From the NCBI GenBank assembly GCA_019112735.1, contig DXIS01000033.1:18586-82585 (forward strand): 64,000 nt of DNA, read 5' to 3'. Of the stretch, positions 18,457-28,195 are shown in pieces; within the stretch, counting starts at the first letter, position 1, and every line of letters begins with the position of its first letter. Under the pieces are notes generated by a model, which had not been told where the DNA came from, did no database searches, and worked only from the letters and a program-made list of their open reading frames with translations. This DNA is from Candidatus Mediterraneibacter guildfordensis. GTDB lineage: Bacteria; Bacillota; Clostridia; Lachnospirales; Lachnospiraceae. A program made the position numbers and the translations under genes.

Positions 18457-21400
18457 TGATCCGCACCTCCGCTCTTCTTCATCTCCGCCCACATCTTCGC
18501 CACCGCATCATCCATTGAATATTTCTCCAGTCTCCGGTATCTGCAGCCGTCAATGCGCAGGTCAAATCCGCAGATATCCCGGTAGGCGCAGTAGTCGCAC
18601 CCGGTCGCCTCCTTCATCTGATAGGGCGCGGCCTGTGCCTTCCCCGCACAGATATCCGCACGGATCTGTCTCTCCTTTTCACCGGCATAGGCCAGCACCG
18701 TCCGGAACACTTCCGCCGGAAGGGCCCGTGAACTTTTACTGAGCGAACCGTCCTTATTGCGCCCTGCCGGGATCAGAAGCGACTGGCCTGCCAGCCCCCG
18801 CTCCAGATGCTCCAGCGATGATTTCTCATCGTTAATAAGTCCGTCCAGCCTCAGTTCCTTCAGGATCCGTTCCTCCACATCCTGATCGCTGTCCGCCCGG
18901 TCGACCACCGGATCCTGGATCCGGTAATAGAAGATGCCTGCCGGCACGATCTCCTTATCCGGGAACCGCTCCTTCTCCGCCTCAAGGGCCGCATTCATAT
19001 ACACCGGGAGCTGCATCTGCAGGCCGTGATACAATGCGGTAATATCAAAGCTCTTCATCCCGGTCTTATAATCCGTTACTTTCACATACACACAGTTATC
19101 CGCTTCATCTTCGCATATATCGATGCGGTCGATCTTGCCGCTTCCGAACTTCAGCTCATACCCGCCCGGCACAAAGTCTCCCTTCTCCAGCTGTTTCGTA
19201 AGCGCCCACACCGAACGCCGGATCAGCCGCCGGATCCGGCGGATCATATATTCATTGCGGGCCGTGCTGAAAAGGACCGTATTGCCATAATCAAGCACGC
19301 TTTCCTCCACGCACGCATCGATCATTTCATCCCTCACGTCATCCGGGATCTCTTGCCAGCGAAGCTTCTCCCGGTCCGCCTTCCTGGAGAAACGCTCCAG
19401 GGACTGGTGCGCGATATTCCCGAGATCCACCGCCTCGAAGCTGTACTCCTCCCGGTCTGACAGACGGAGCCCGTAGCTCAGGAAATGGGCATAGGCGCAG
19501 GATGTAAACTTCTCCATCCTCGTCACACTGATGCGCTCCGGATCCGGGTACAGCGCCTCCGCCTGTCCCGGCGCAAGATCCGGATACGCCCGCTTCAGGA
19601 ATCCCGCCCCCAGGATCTGCTCCATGGCCTCTTTTTCGGATACATCCCGGAAGAACCGGGAATACAATTCTTTCCACTCCTGATCCAGTCCCTGCCGGCG
19701 GTCTCTCACCCCTTCCGCCACGGCCAGGATCCCGGTTTTCTTCGAAAGCTCCCGACCGGATATCTTCCGCTTCTCTTCGTCCGCGACCTGCAGGTCCGGG
19801 AAAAGCCTGCGGATGTCATTTACCAGATAGGCCGGCCGGATGCTTTTGCCCTCCGCTGACACTTTCGACCATGACAGATACAGGTACTCCGACGGCTTCG
19901 TCAGGTTCATATAGAGATAGAATTTCTGGATATACACCTGCTCTTTCGGGCCCGGCGACAGGGGCATCTCCTTCTCCCGGAACTTCTCCCTGTCCCGCAC
20001 GGACAGAAATCCGCCTGCCCCCGCATTGCCGGGAAGCAGGGTGTCATTCGCGCCCAGGAAGAACAGCGCCCGGACATTTTTGATCCGGGTCCGCTCCACA
20101 TCCCCGATCACGACCTGGTCGAGGCTCGGCGGGATCACGCCCACCTTCGCCTCCTCAAGCCCCGCGTCCAGCAGGTCGCAGTACTCTTTCAGCGAAATGC
20201 TTTCGTCGCCCAGAAGCTCCACGAACTTATCAAACAGATCCAGCACGATCCGGTAGATCTGCGCATATTCCTTTGCCAGCGCCAGTTCGCCCTGCTCCTG
20301 AAAGAGGGCTTCCATCCCGGCGATCTGCTCCTGCATTTGCTCAGCCACGATAAACTCATACACCGCCAGCGTCACATCGCGCACGGTCTTGCGCCTCTGC
20401 TTTAATACATAGACAAGGTCCTGGATCTTCTCCACAAACCGCACGCGGAGATGGTTAAGCTCCTGCAGTTCTTCCTCCCCCGCCCCGGCTGTCCGTCTGA
20501 CCCAGGCCTGCTGCCATTTCTTATAGCCTTTGATCCCCAGCGCCAGACAGTAGTTCTCCATCCGGTCCACCTCTTCGTACGTGAAGCCGGCCAGGCCGGT
20601 CCGCAGGAAGCGGAACACACTGTCATAAGAAAAATTCTGCTCCGCCATCGCCAGAAGGCTCCGGATATATTCCACAAATGCATTGAGCAGGATGCTCTTC
20701 TTGTGATCCATGAATACCGGGATATCATAGAGCCCGCACGCCTTCTCCAGCGCATCCGCGTACACATTCATATCCGCAGTGATCACCGCGATGTCACGGT
20801 AGCGGTATCCTTCTTCCCGTACCAGACGGCGGATCTCCCCTGCCGCAGACTGCGCTTCCTGCCGGGGGCTCCGGGCCTCGTGGAGAGACACCGCGCCTGT
20901 CCCGACCTGTGCCTGCGTTCCGGCCTCTGCCGCCGCCCCGCCCTTTACGCGATACTGCGCCCCCGAATACCGGAACAGCTCCGATTCAAGAAAGGCCATC
21001 TGTTCATTATGTTCAAACCGCTTCGGCGGCTTCCCGTACAGGCAGACCGGTTCCTCGATCTCCGTCCCGGTCTCACGGGCCGTCTTCACAAGGGATGTCA
21101 CCATCTGCTTACTTAATGCAAAGAGCTGATACGGATGGCTGTACACAAAGGGATCCTCCCGCTCATCCATGGTCACCGTGATCACCACCCGGCTGCAGGC
21201 CCGCAGCAGTTCCCCCAGCAGACGGATCTGGACCGGCGTGAATCCGGTAAACCCGTCCATGGCGACCACGCTGCCCTTCAGGATCTCCGACCGGGAGACC
21301 ACACTGCTGAGCACATCCAGCATCTCTTCCTTTGTAATATATTTCTCACTCAGATAATCTTCAAAACCCTCGTAAACCGTGCGGATGTCCTGCAGCTTAT

Positions 21401-21860
21401 AATGCAGATAGCTGTCCGGGCTGATCCCGTCCATGAATTCATCCAGCTCCGCAAATCCGATCCCGTACTGTGTGAACTCCGAGATCACTGATTTCACTTC
21501 ACTGATATATCCCTGCTTCTTAAGGTTCCCTTTCAGCACGGTGAGCTGATCCTCATAATTCCCGGCGATCTTCCGGAGGATCAGGTTCTTGCCCTCGTCG
21601 TCCAGGACGGTCCGTCTCTCCTGCCCCAGTTCCTCAAAGACCCGGTGCGCCAGACGCCCGAAACTTAAGACGTCGATATTCATGATGCCGCCGCGCGGAT
21701 GCATGAGGCACAGATCCTTCTGCATCTGCATCGTAAACTGTTCCGGGACGAGAACGATATAGTTCTTCTCCGGATGGCGGATTGACTGCTCTATAATGTC
21801 CCGGTACAGGCGGTGGGATTTGCCGCTGCCCGAATTGCCGAATATAAACTGTAAAGACAT
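18453..21860 (-). CDS. addB: ATP-dependent helicase/nuclease subunit B
   Basis: GNSGSGKS, VPEQFT, GKIDRID, DYKTG, QLPVY, Fe-S cysteines (SCAY ... CDYCAYRDIC). Confidence 0.95.
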   Translation of the reverse strand: MSLQFIFGNSGSGKSHRLYRDIIEQSIRHPEKNYIVLVPEQFTMQMQKDLCLMHPRGGIMNIDVLSFGRLAHRVFEELGQERRTVLDDEGKNLILRKIAGNYEDQLTVLKGNLKKQGYISEVKSVISEFTQYGIGFAELDEFMDGISPDSYLHYKLQDIRTVYEGFEDYLSEKYITKEEMLDVLSSVVSRSEILKGSVVAMDGFTGFTPVQIRLLGELLRACSRVVITVTMDEREDPFVYSHPYQLFALSKQMVTSLVKTARETGTEIEEPVCLYGKPPKRFEHNEQMAFLESELFRYSGAQYRVKGGAAAEAGTQAQVGTGAVSLHEARSPRQEAQSAAGEIRRLVREEGYRYRDIAVITADMNVYADALEKACGLYDIPVFMDHKKSILLNAFVEYIRSLLAMAEQNFSYDSVFRFLRTGLAGFTYEEVDRMENYCLALGIKGYKKWQQAWVRRTAGAGEEELQELNHLRVRFVEKIQDLVYVLKQRRKTVRDVTLAVYEFIVAEQMQEQIAGMEALFQEQGELALAKEYAQIYRIVLDLFDKFVELLGDESISLKEYCDLLDAGLEEAKVGVIPPSLDQVVIGDVERTRIKNVRALFFLGANDTLLPGNAGAGGFLSVRDREKFREKEMPLSPGPKEQVYIQKFYLYMNLTKPSEYLYLSWSKVSAEGKSIRPAYLVNDIRRLFPDLQVADEEKRKISGRELSKKTGILAVAEGVRDRRQGLDQEWKELYSRFFRDVSEKEAMEQILGAGFLKRAYPDLAPGQAEALYPDPERISVTRMEKFTSCAYAHFLSYGLRLSDREEYSFEAVDLGNIAHQSLERFSRKADREKLRWQEIPDDVRDEMIDACVEESVLDYGNTVLFSTARNEYMIRRIRRLIRRSVWALTKQLEKGDFVPGGYELKFGSGKIDRIDICEDEADNCVYVKVTDYKTGMKSFDITALYHGLQMQLPVYMNAALEAEKERFPDKEIVPAGIFYYRIQDPVVDRADSDQDVEERILKELRLDGLINDEKSSLEHLERGLAGQSLLIPAGRNKDGSLSKSSRALPAEVFRTVLAYAGEKERQIRADICAGKAQAAPYQMKEATGCDYCAYRDICGFDLRIDGCRYRRLEKYSMDDAVAKMWAEMKKSGGADQ

Positions 21861-21902
21861 GGGAACCTCCTGTCCGTTCACTCCTAACAGAATCAATTAT
21901 AG

Positions 21903-21939
21903 AAAACCGGAGACCCTGTACGGATCAGGTTCTCCGGTT
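21903..21939 (-). terminator. Terminator after trxA
   Basis: AACCGGAGA...TCTCCGGTT stem with T-tail on the minus strand. Confidence 0.65.
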
Positions 21940-21974
21940 CCTGTGTCTGATGTTTTCTCTGTCTGTTCTGTGCT

Positions 21975-22283
21975 TTATCTTACAAGCTCCTGCAATTTGC
22001 TCTTCGGCAGCGCGCCGACCTGTTTTCCGGCCACTTCACCATTCTTAAATGCGATAAATGTAGGAATGCTCATAACCCCGTACCGCTGTGCGATCGCCAT
22101 CTCTTCATCAATATTGATCTTGCACACCTTCACGCCCGGCTCTTCGCCTGCAAGCTCCTCGACAACCGGAGCCATCATCTTGCACGGGCCGCACCAGTCC
22201 GCATAGAAATCAACCAGCACCGTCTGGCCTGCCTGAAGCACTTCCTGATCAAAAGTCTCTGTCGTTAATTTTACAACTGCCAT
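21975..22283 (-). CDS. trxA: Thioredoxin
   Basis: DFYADWCGPCK, SIPT. Confidence 0.96.
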   Translation of the reverse strand: MAVVKLTTETFDQEVLQAGQTVLVDFYADWCGPCKMMAPVVEELAGEEPGVKVCKINIDEEMAIAQRYGVMSIPTFIAFKNGEVAGKQVGALPKSKLQELVR

Positions 22284-22322
22284 TTTTCTATCCTCCCTGG
22301 ATCTGTTATTGTGATCCGGAAT

Positions 22323-23282
22323 CTATCCCCGGATCAGCGCCTCTACGTCTTCTCTCACCGGCATTGCCCGGATCGCGCCCTTCTTTGTAGTAACAAGCGC
22401 TGCCGCCGCATTGGCGAATGTGAGCAGCTCGCCAAGGTTATCTTCTGTCAGATCGTCGAACCCGTGCTCTGCGATGTAATTCAGCGTGCTTCCGCAGAAT
22501 GTATCTCCGGCGCCTGTGGTCTCGATGGCCTTTACGGAGAATCCCGGACGCTCCACGCGCATTCCCTTATAATATGCACGGCTGCCGTCTTTGCCCATGG
22601 TCAGCAGGATCAGCGGGATATTGTATTTTTCCTGAAGGTATGCGATCCCTTCGTCATAGTCCTCTTTTCCGGACACGAACTGGATCTCATTATCGGAGAT
22701 CTTCAGGATGTCGCACACGCCGAATCCATACTCCATCTGCTCTTTCGCAAGGTCAAGGGATGACCAGAGCGGCGGCCTTAAGTTCGGATCGAATGAAATC
22801 AGGCAGCCCGCGTCTTTTGCAGCCTTTATCGCTTTCTTTGTAGCCGCGCGCACCCCGTCGTGGGTCATGGACAGGGTTCCGAAGTGGAAGATCTTTGTCT
22901 GGGCGATAAATGCCGGATCAATATTCTCCTCTGTCAGCATCATATCCGCGCCCGGATTCCGGTAGAAAGAAAATTCACGGTCTCCGTCCGGGAACGTGTG
23001 CACGAATGCAAGAGTCGTGTTGACCTGGTCGTCCGTCACCAGATGAGACGCATCGATCCCTGCCTCTGTAATGGTTTCACGAAGCAGCGTGCCGAACTGG
23101 TCTTTGCCCACTTTCCCGATAAATGCCGTTTTCTTTCCCATCTTATTGAGAAGTGCGAGTACGTTGCAGGGCGCTCCGCCCGGGCATGCCTCAAACATAT
23201 TGTTTCCCTGTTCGCTCTGCCCATTCATTGTAAAGTCGATCAAAAGTTCGCCAAGAGCGATCACATCATATTTTTTCTCCAT
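22323..23282 (-). CDS. PfkB family carbohydrate kinase (fructokinase-like)
   Basis: GELLIDF, GGAPCNV, FDPNLR, TTGAGDTF; start MEKKYD after AGGAGG. Confidence 0.9.
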   Translation of the reverse strand: MEKKYDVIALGELLIDFTMNGQSEQGNNMFEACPGGAPCNVLALLNKMGKKTAFIGKVGKDQFGTLLRETITEAGIDASHLVTDDQVNTTLAFVHTFPDGDREFSFYRNPGADMMLTEENIDPAFIAQTKIFHFGTLSMTHDGVRAATKKAIKAAKDAGCLISFDPNLRPPLWSSLDLAKEQMEYGFGVCDILKISDNEIQFVSGKEDYDEGIAYLQEKYNIPLILLTMGKDGSRAYYKGMRVERPGFSVKAIETTGAGDTFCGSTLNYIAEHGFDDLTEDNLGELLTFANAAAALVTTKKGAIRAMPVREDVEALIRG

Positions 23283-23305
23283 TTTCTTTTCCTCCTGATT
23301 GAAGC

Positions 23306-24259
23306 TTAATTGAAGTATACCAGTTCTTCTATCGGGTCTGCAAGTTCTATATTCTCTGCTTCCAGCACCGGTCCCTCTCCCCTGTAGACCGACAGGTTCG
23401 CGAACCGGATCTTTGCCCGGATCTTCACCCACTGTCCGGGTTTCAGCTTCGGCGCATAGGCGCTCCTGCACACGTACCCGAGGAAAGACGTATCGTCCGC
23501 ACAGCAGGTCATGGCCATCCGCCCGGCCATGAATACCTTCGCCGGGAATGTCCGCGGCTTCAGCACTTTTGCTGTATATTCGACGACCTTCCCTTTATAG
23601 CGGTCGGGATTTTCCATCATATCCACATACCAGATCCCGTAGTCTTCCTTTGCGATCTCAACGACCGGGGCATTCAGGTCATAGGGCACCTCGTCCTCAA
23701 AAATATTTTCGATCTCGCCCTGCTCGTCCTCGAAAATAACCTCTGCCTGCGGGCTTACAACCTTCACGCTGCGGCGGTAGCCGGCAAGGGGTTTGATATC
23801 CTCACAGCGGTTAAAGAGCACCAGGTCCGCGCCCCGGACCATCTCCACGAAGAGCGGCTTCAGATTCGTCAGATACATCTGGAACGTACTGGCGTCCACG
23901 GTGGTAAGCTTCTGCTTGATGCCCCATCCATCCGGCAACTTCAGGTTTTCAAAATCGCTGACCTTCCACATGCCGTTGTACTCCACCACAACGCGTTCCG
24001 GCTCATGTTTTTGTTCCATCTCCTGCAGCCATTCTGCCGTCAGGTCTTCCTGGTCCTCCACCCGCTCGATCACAACGCCGTACTTAAGCATTTCCATCGG
24101 ATCATACTCTTCTTCCCCCTCCTCGCAGAGGATGAGGAGCGTCTTGCCGTCGATCTGGAAATAATCCTGCTTTAGCGTAAAGGTCAGGAACTGGGTCTTG
24201 CCGCTGTCAAGGAAGCCGGTCATCAGATAAACCATTACATCCGGTTCATTCATTGTCAT
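23306..24259 (-). CDS. Degenerate CobW-like G-domain fused to a TIGR03943/DUF1980-like C-terminal domain
   Basis: TGFLDSGKT Walker A-like motif; C-terminal RMAMTCCADD motif. Confidence 0.7.
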   Translation of the reverse strand: MTMNEPDVMVYLMTGFLDSGKTQFLTFTLKQDYFQIDGKTLLILCEEGEEEYDPMEMLKYGVVIERVEDQEDLTAEWLQEMEQKHEPERVVVEYNGMWKVSDFENLKLPDGWGIKQKLTTVDASTFQMYLTNLKPLFVEMVRGADLVLFNRCEDIKPLAGYRRSVKVVSPQAEVIFEDEQGEIENIFEDEVPYDLNAPVVEIAKEDYGIWYVDMMENPDRYKGKVVEYTAKVLKPRTFPAKVFMAGRMAMTCCADDTSFLGYVCRSAYAPKLKPGQWVKIRAKIRFANLSVYRGEGPVLEAENIELADPIEELVYFN

Positions 24260-24279
24260 TCACCTCTGTCATGCCTGTT

Positions 24280-25293
24280 TTATGCCAGTCCGAACAGCCC
24301 GGCCAGCCTGTCTTCATCGAGCTGCGCACCGATGACGCAGATCCTGCCTGTGTACTCCGGCGCGCCGGTGCGTACCTCATGTTCCTCCGGGACCATGTCA
24401 AAATAGATCCATTCGCCGTCCTCGCCGGCCACCATGCCCTTCGCACGGAGCACGTTTCCGTATGCCGGATCGGATTCCAGCGCCTTCAGGATGCCGCCGA
24501 TCTGTTCTTTCGTATATTTATGGATCGTCTCACGTCCCCAGCTTGTAAACACCTCGTCCGCATGGTGATGCCCCGCATGATCGTGGTGATGATGATGCTC
24601 ATGGTCGTGATCGTGATGATGATCATGGTCGTGATCATGATGATGATGTCCGCACTCCGGGCAGATGATCTCATCAAGAAGTTCTTCCTCCAGGGATTTC
24701 CCTGACTCCATCGTTTCCAGCACTTTTTTGCCCGGAAGCTCTGAGATCGGGGTTGTGATAAACGGCGCCTTGTCATTGAGTTCCCGCAAAAGCGCCACGC
24801 TCTCCTCGATCTTCTCCGGTTTTGCCTTATCCGTACGGCTTAAAATGACCGCTCCGGCATATTCGATCTGATTGCTGAAGAATTCTCCGAAGTTCTTGCG
24901 GTAGATCCGGCATTTCGTCACATCCACCACCGTCGTGAAGCTGTTCAGCTCCGCGTCGATCTCCGCCTGCACATCCTGCACGGCTTTGATCACGTCCGAG
25001 AGCTTGCCCACCCCTGAAGGTTCGATCAGGATCCGGTCCGGATGGTAGGTATCCACGACTTCACGAAGGGATTTGCCGAAATCTCCGACCAGGGAGCAGC
25101 AGATGCATCCGGAATTCATTTCACGGATCTCGATGCCGGATTCTTTCAGGAATCCGCCGTCGATGCCGATCTCTCCGAATTCATTTTCGATCAGTACGAC
25201 CTGCTCGTCTGTAAACGCCTCGGAGAGCAGCTTTTTGATCAGTGTTGTCTTTCCGGCTCCGAGGAAGCCGGAAATAATATCGATTTTTGTCAT
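24280..25293 (-). CDS. COG0523/CobW family metal-chaperone GTPase with His-rich linker
   Basis: GFLGAGKTT, NEFGE, GCICC, IEPSGV, His/Asp tract, LRAKG. Confidence 0.94.
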   Translation of the reverse strand: MTKIDIISGFLGAGKTTLIKKLLSEAFTDEQVVLIENEFGEIGIDGGFLKESGIEIREMNSGCICCSLVGDFGKSLREVVDTYHPDRILIEPSGVGKLSDVIKAVQDVQAEIDAELNSFTTVVDVTKCRIYRKNFGEFFSNQIEYAGAVILSRTDKAKPEKIEESVALLRELNDKAPFITTPISELPGKKVLETMESGKSLEEELLDEIICPECGHHHHDHDHDHHHDHDHEHHHHHDHAGHHHADEVFTSWGRETIHKYTKEQIGGILKALESDPAYGNVLRAKGMVAGEDGEWIYFDMVPEEHEVRTGAPEYTGRICVIGAQLDEDRLAGLFGLA

Positions 25294-25316
25294 TTAACTC
25301 ATCCTCTTTCTATATT

Positions 25317-26072
25317 TTACTTCAGATCCAGTTCCACCGGACAGTGATCCGATCCCATGACGTCAGTCAGGATCTTCGCATCGGCCAGCCTGTCCTTCAG
25401 GCTCTCCGACACGCAGAAATAATCGATGCGCCACCCCGCGTTCTTCGCCCGGGCGCTGAACCGGTAGGACCACCAGGAATAGATCCCCTCCCGGTCCGGA
25501 TAGAAATACCGGAACGTATCCACGAAACCTGCGTCCAGCAGTTCCGTGAATTTCTGCCGCTCTTCATCTGTGAAGCCGGCATTCTTCCGGTTTGTCTTCG
25601 GGTTCTTCAGGTCAATCTCCTGATGCGCCACGTTCATGTCCCCTGTCACGATGACCGGTTTTTTCTCTTCCAGCTTTTTCAGATACGCGCGGAAATCGTC
25701 CTCCCATTTCATCCGGTAATCAAGGCGCGCCAGTTCATTCTGGGAGTTGGGCGTATATACCGTGACAAAGTAATAATCCCCGAACTCGCAGGTGATCACG
25801 CGGCCTTCCTGATCGTGTTCTTCGATCCCGATGCCGTAAGACACGCTTAAAGGCTCCTCCTTCGTAAATACCGCCGTGCCGGAATAGCCTTTCTTCACGG
25901 CGTAGTTCCAGTACTGATGATACCCCGGGAGATCCAGTTCCAGCTGTCCCGCCTGCATCTTCGTCTCCTGGATGCAGAAGATATCCGCATCCGCCTCTCT
26001 AAAAAAATCAAGGAATCCCTTCTGGACACACGCCCGGATTCCGTTTACATTCCATGATATCAGTTTTTTCAT
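25317..26072 (-). CDS. exoA: Exodeoxyribonuclease III / AP endonuclease
   Basis: SWNVNG, QETK, GDMNVAH, GWRIDYF, SDHCP. Confidence 0.95.
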   Translation of the reverse strand: MKKLISWNVNGIRACVQKGFLDFFREADADIFCIQETKMQAGQLELDLPGYHQYWNYAVKKGYSGTAVFTKEEPLSVSYGIGIEEHDQEGRVITCEFGDYYFVTVYTPNSQNELARLDYRMKWEDDFRAYLKKLEEKKPVIVTGDMNVAHQEIDLKNPKTNRKNAGFTDEERQKFTELLDAGFVDTFRYFYPDREGIYSWWSYRFSARAKNAGWRIDYFCVSESLKDRLADAKILTDVMGSDHCPVELDLK

Positions 26073-26802
26073 ACCATACCTCTTTTAAGAACAGTCCTCT
26101 CGCCGGCGCAGGAAATCCGGCCTGTCCTCTGTCTTTCGTCCGCAGCACGTCCTGCACGCTCTCCGGCGTGCGCCGCCCTGCGCCTGCCTCCAGCAGCGTG
26201 CCCGTCAGGATCCTGACCATATGATACATAAAGCCGCTGCCCTCGAACCGGAACGTTATAAGATCGTCCCGCCTGCTGATCATTATAGCATAGATCGTGC
26301 GTTTTGTGGACGTCTCATCCCGTTTGTCCGTGAACCCTGCAAAATCATGCGTTCCTTCCAGATACCGGGCTGCTTTCTGCATCGCATCCAGATCAGGGCT
26401 GTACGGAAAATGATAACAGTACCGGCGCCGGAATACATCCGGCCGTTCCCCGGCATCCACATAATATTCATAGGCTTTTCCCACGGCGCTCTTCCGTGCA
26501 TGGAATCCGTTCTTCACAAGCTGCGCGTCAAGGATGCGGATGTCCTCCGGCAGCACTGCATTGACCTTCCCCGTGAAGAGATCGGCATCAGCCGCGCCGG
26601 AGAGGACCACACTGGCAGTCTGCCCCGAGGCATGGACCCCGGCGTCGGTCCGTCCGGAACCGTTCACTTCCACCGGGTATCCCAGAGCTTCTGATATCGT
26701 CCGTTCCAGCACGCCCTGCACCGTCCGCTCTGTCATCGCCTGCCGCTGCCAGCCCTGCCAGCGTGTCCCGTCATAGGCGATCGTCAGTTTATAGGTGCGC
26801 AT
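26008..26802 (-). CDS. truA: tRNA pseudouridine(38-40) synthase
   Basis: [40 protein letters not shown]. Confidence 0.93.
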   Translation of the reverse strand: MRTYKLTIAYDGTRWQGWQRQAMTERTVQGVLERTISEALGYPVEVNGSGRTDAGVHASGQTASVVLSGAADADLFTGKVNAVLPEDIRILDAQLVKNGFHARKSAVGKAYEYYVDAGERPDVFRRRYCYHFPYSPDLDAMQKAARYLEGTHDFAGFTDKRDETSTKRTIYAIMISRRDDLITFRFEGSGFMYHMVRILTGTLLEAGAGRRTPESVQDVLRTKDRGQAGFPAPARGLFLKEVWYEKTDIMECKRNPGVCPEGIP

Positions 26803-26805
26803 AAC

Positions 26806-27255
26806 TTACTGCAGGAACTTCTTCAGTTCATCCATAAACGTATTCACGTCCTTGAATTCCCTGTATACGGACGCGAACCGCACATAAGCCACCGGATCCA
26901 GTTTCTCCAGCTTCTCCATCACGATCTCGCCGATCACACTGCTTGGAAGTTCCTTCTCTTCCCGGTTAAAAAGCTCCAGTTCCACTTCGTCGATCGTCTT
27001 CTGGATCTCATCCGCCGGAACGGGGCGTTTGTAGCACGCGCTTAGGATCCCTTTTTCCAGTTTGGAACGCTGGTACTGCTCCCGGTTATTATCCTTTTTG
27101 ATCACGATCAGCGGGATGGTCTCCACCTTCTCGTACGTCGTAAACCTGCGGCCGCACTCATCGCAGGAACGGCGCCGTCTGATGGAGCTTTTATCCTCAG
27201 CCGGACGGGAATCGATCACCCTTGTATCAGGATTGCCGCAATATGGACATCTCAT
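26806..27255 (-). CDS. nrdR: Transcriptional repressor NrdR
   Basis: MRCPYC, IRRRRSCDEC, RFTTYE, ATP cone, VAYVRFASVYREF. Confidence 0.96.
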   Translation of the reverse strand: MRCPYCGNPDTRVIDSRPAEDKSSIRRRRSCDECGRRFTTYEKVETIPLIVIKKDNNREQYQRSKLEKGILSACYKRPVPADEIQKTIDEVELELFNREEKELPSSVIGEIVMEKLEKLDPVAYVRFASVYREFKDVNTFMDELKKFLQ

Positions 27256-27288
27256 AGTATTTTCCGCCTTTCTTTCCAATCTGCGTAC

Positions 27289-27317
27289 ATTATACACAAT
27301 CGTCAAAACTTTTGCAA
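27289..27317 (-). promoter_or_regulatory. sigmaA promoter of nrdR
   Basis: TTGCAA-N17-TATAAT on the minus strand. Confidence 0.65.
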
Positions 27318-27557
27318 AAACTTTTCTTCCTGAATCTCCACGATCACCGTATCCGGCCCGATCGTCCGGATGCAGCCGAAGGGGATCACATACTCGCAGT
27401 CTGTTCCGAGGAAGCCGCAGATCCGCCCGGGCCCCGGTATGATCACAGATTCCACCGCACCGCTGCACGGATCGATCTCCACATCCACGATCCGCCCCAG
27501 CCGCTTCCCGCTGCATATATTAATGACCTCCCTGGCCTTCAGCTCACACATCCGCAT
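27303..27557 (-). CDS. ylmC: YlmC/YmxH family PRC-barrel sporulation protein
   Basis: ELKAREVINICSGKRLG..DVEID, YVIPF..I..IGPD; upstream CAC-N16-CATATATT mother-cell-type promoter. Confidence 0.88.
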   Translation of the reverse strand: MRMCELKAREVINICSGKRLGRIVDVEIDPCSGAVESVIIPGPGRICGFLGTDCEYVIPFGCIRTIGPDTVIVEIQEEKFLQKF

Positions 27558-27730
27558 GCCGGACGCCTCCTTTTCTTTTCCGGTCTTATGCCGCTCCCTC
27601 TGAGACGACGAAACTTCTATCTGAAATATATGCAGATTTTCCCGGTACGTGAATCGGCGAAAGTCCTTTTCTTTTTCAAAATCATGGATTACAATAAGGA
27701 AAATATGCAAAAGGAGACCAGACAGATATT

Positions 27731-28111
27731 ATGAAAGAAACCATCCTGCTTTTCAACGCGCCGGAGAAAGAGACGCTCCTCAAGATCGAAGCCGCGCTCT
27801 TCCCGCTGCGCATACGCATGAAACGCATTTCAAAAGAAAACTATAACCAGCCCCTCGGATCACTTGCCGGCCTGAAGGATATCCTTCCGGCAGAAGGATC
27901 CTATGAAGGTCCGGAGCTTCCGGCCCCCATGTTCATCTTCTGCTTTCTCAGCGAAAACCGGCTCAACCAGGCGCTTGCCGCCCTTCGGAGATGCGGCGCC
28001 GGCCCGTTCCCGTATAAAGCGGTCCTGACCCCCACCAACAGCACCTGGACCGCGCCCGACTGCTTCGCCGAGATCCGGCGGGAGCACGAAGCGCTCCATC
28101 CGGATAAATGA
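27731..28111 (+). CDS. DUF3783 domain protein
   Basis: C-terminal YKAVLTPTN.TW...EIRREHE signature. Confidence 0.8.
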   Translation: MKETILLFNAPEKETLLKIEAALFPLRIRMKRISKENYNQPLGSLAGLKDILPAEGSYEGPELPAPMFIFCFLSENRLNQALAALRRCGAGPFPYKAVLTPTNSTWTAPDCFAEIRREHEALHPDK

Positions 28112-28195
28112 GAACGCTTTACATTATCCGGCAGATAACTTATAATTAACTATCATTTTACAGATACAGATTTAACACGAAGGGAACGATATCTC

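Noticed and set aside
24560-24650. Repetitive (gtg/atg/atc)n tract resembling a repeat array
   Set aside because: It encodes the His/Asp-rich linker of the COG0523 protein; not CRISPR-like
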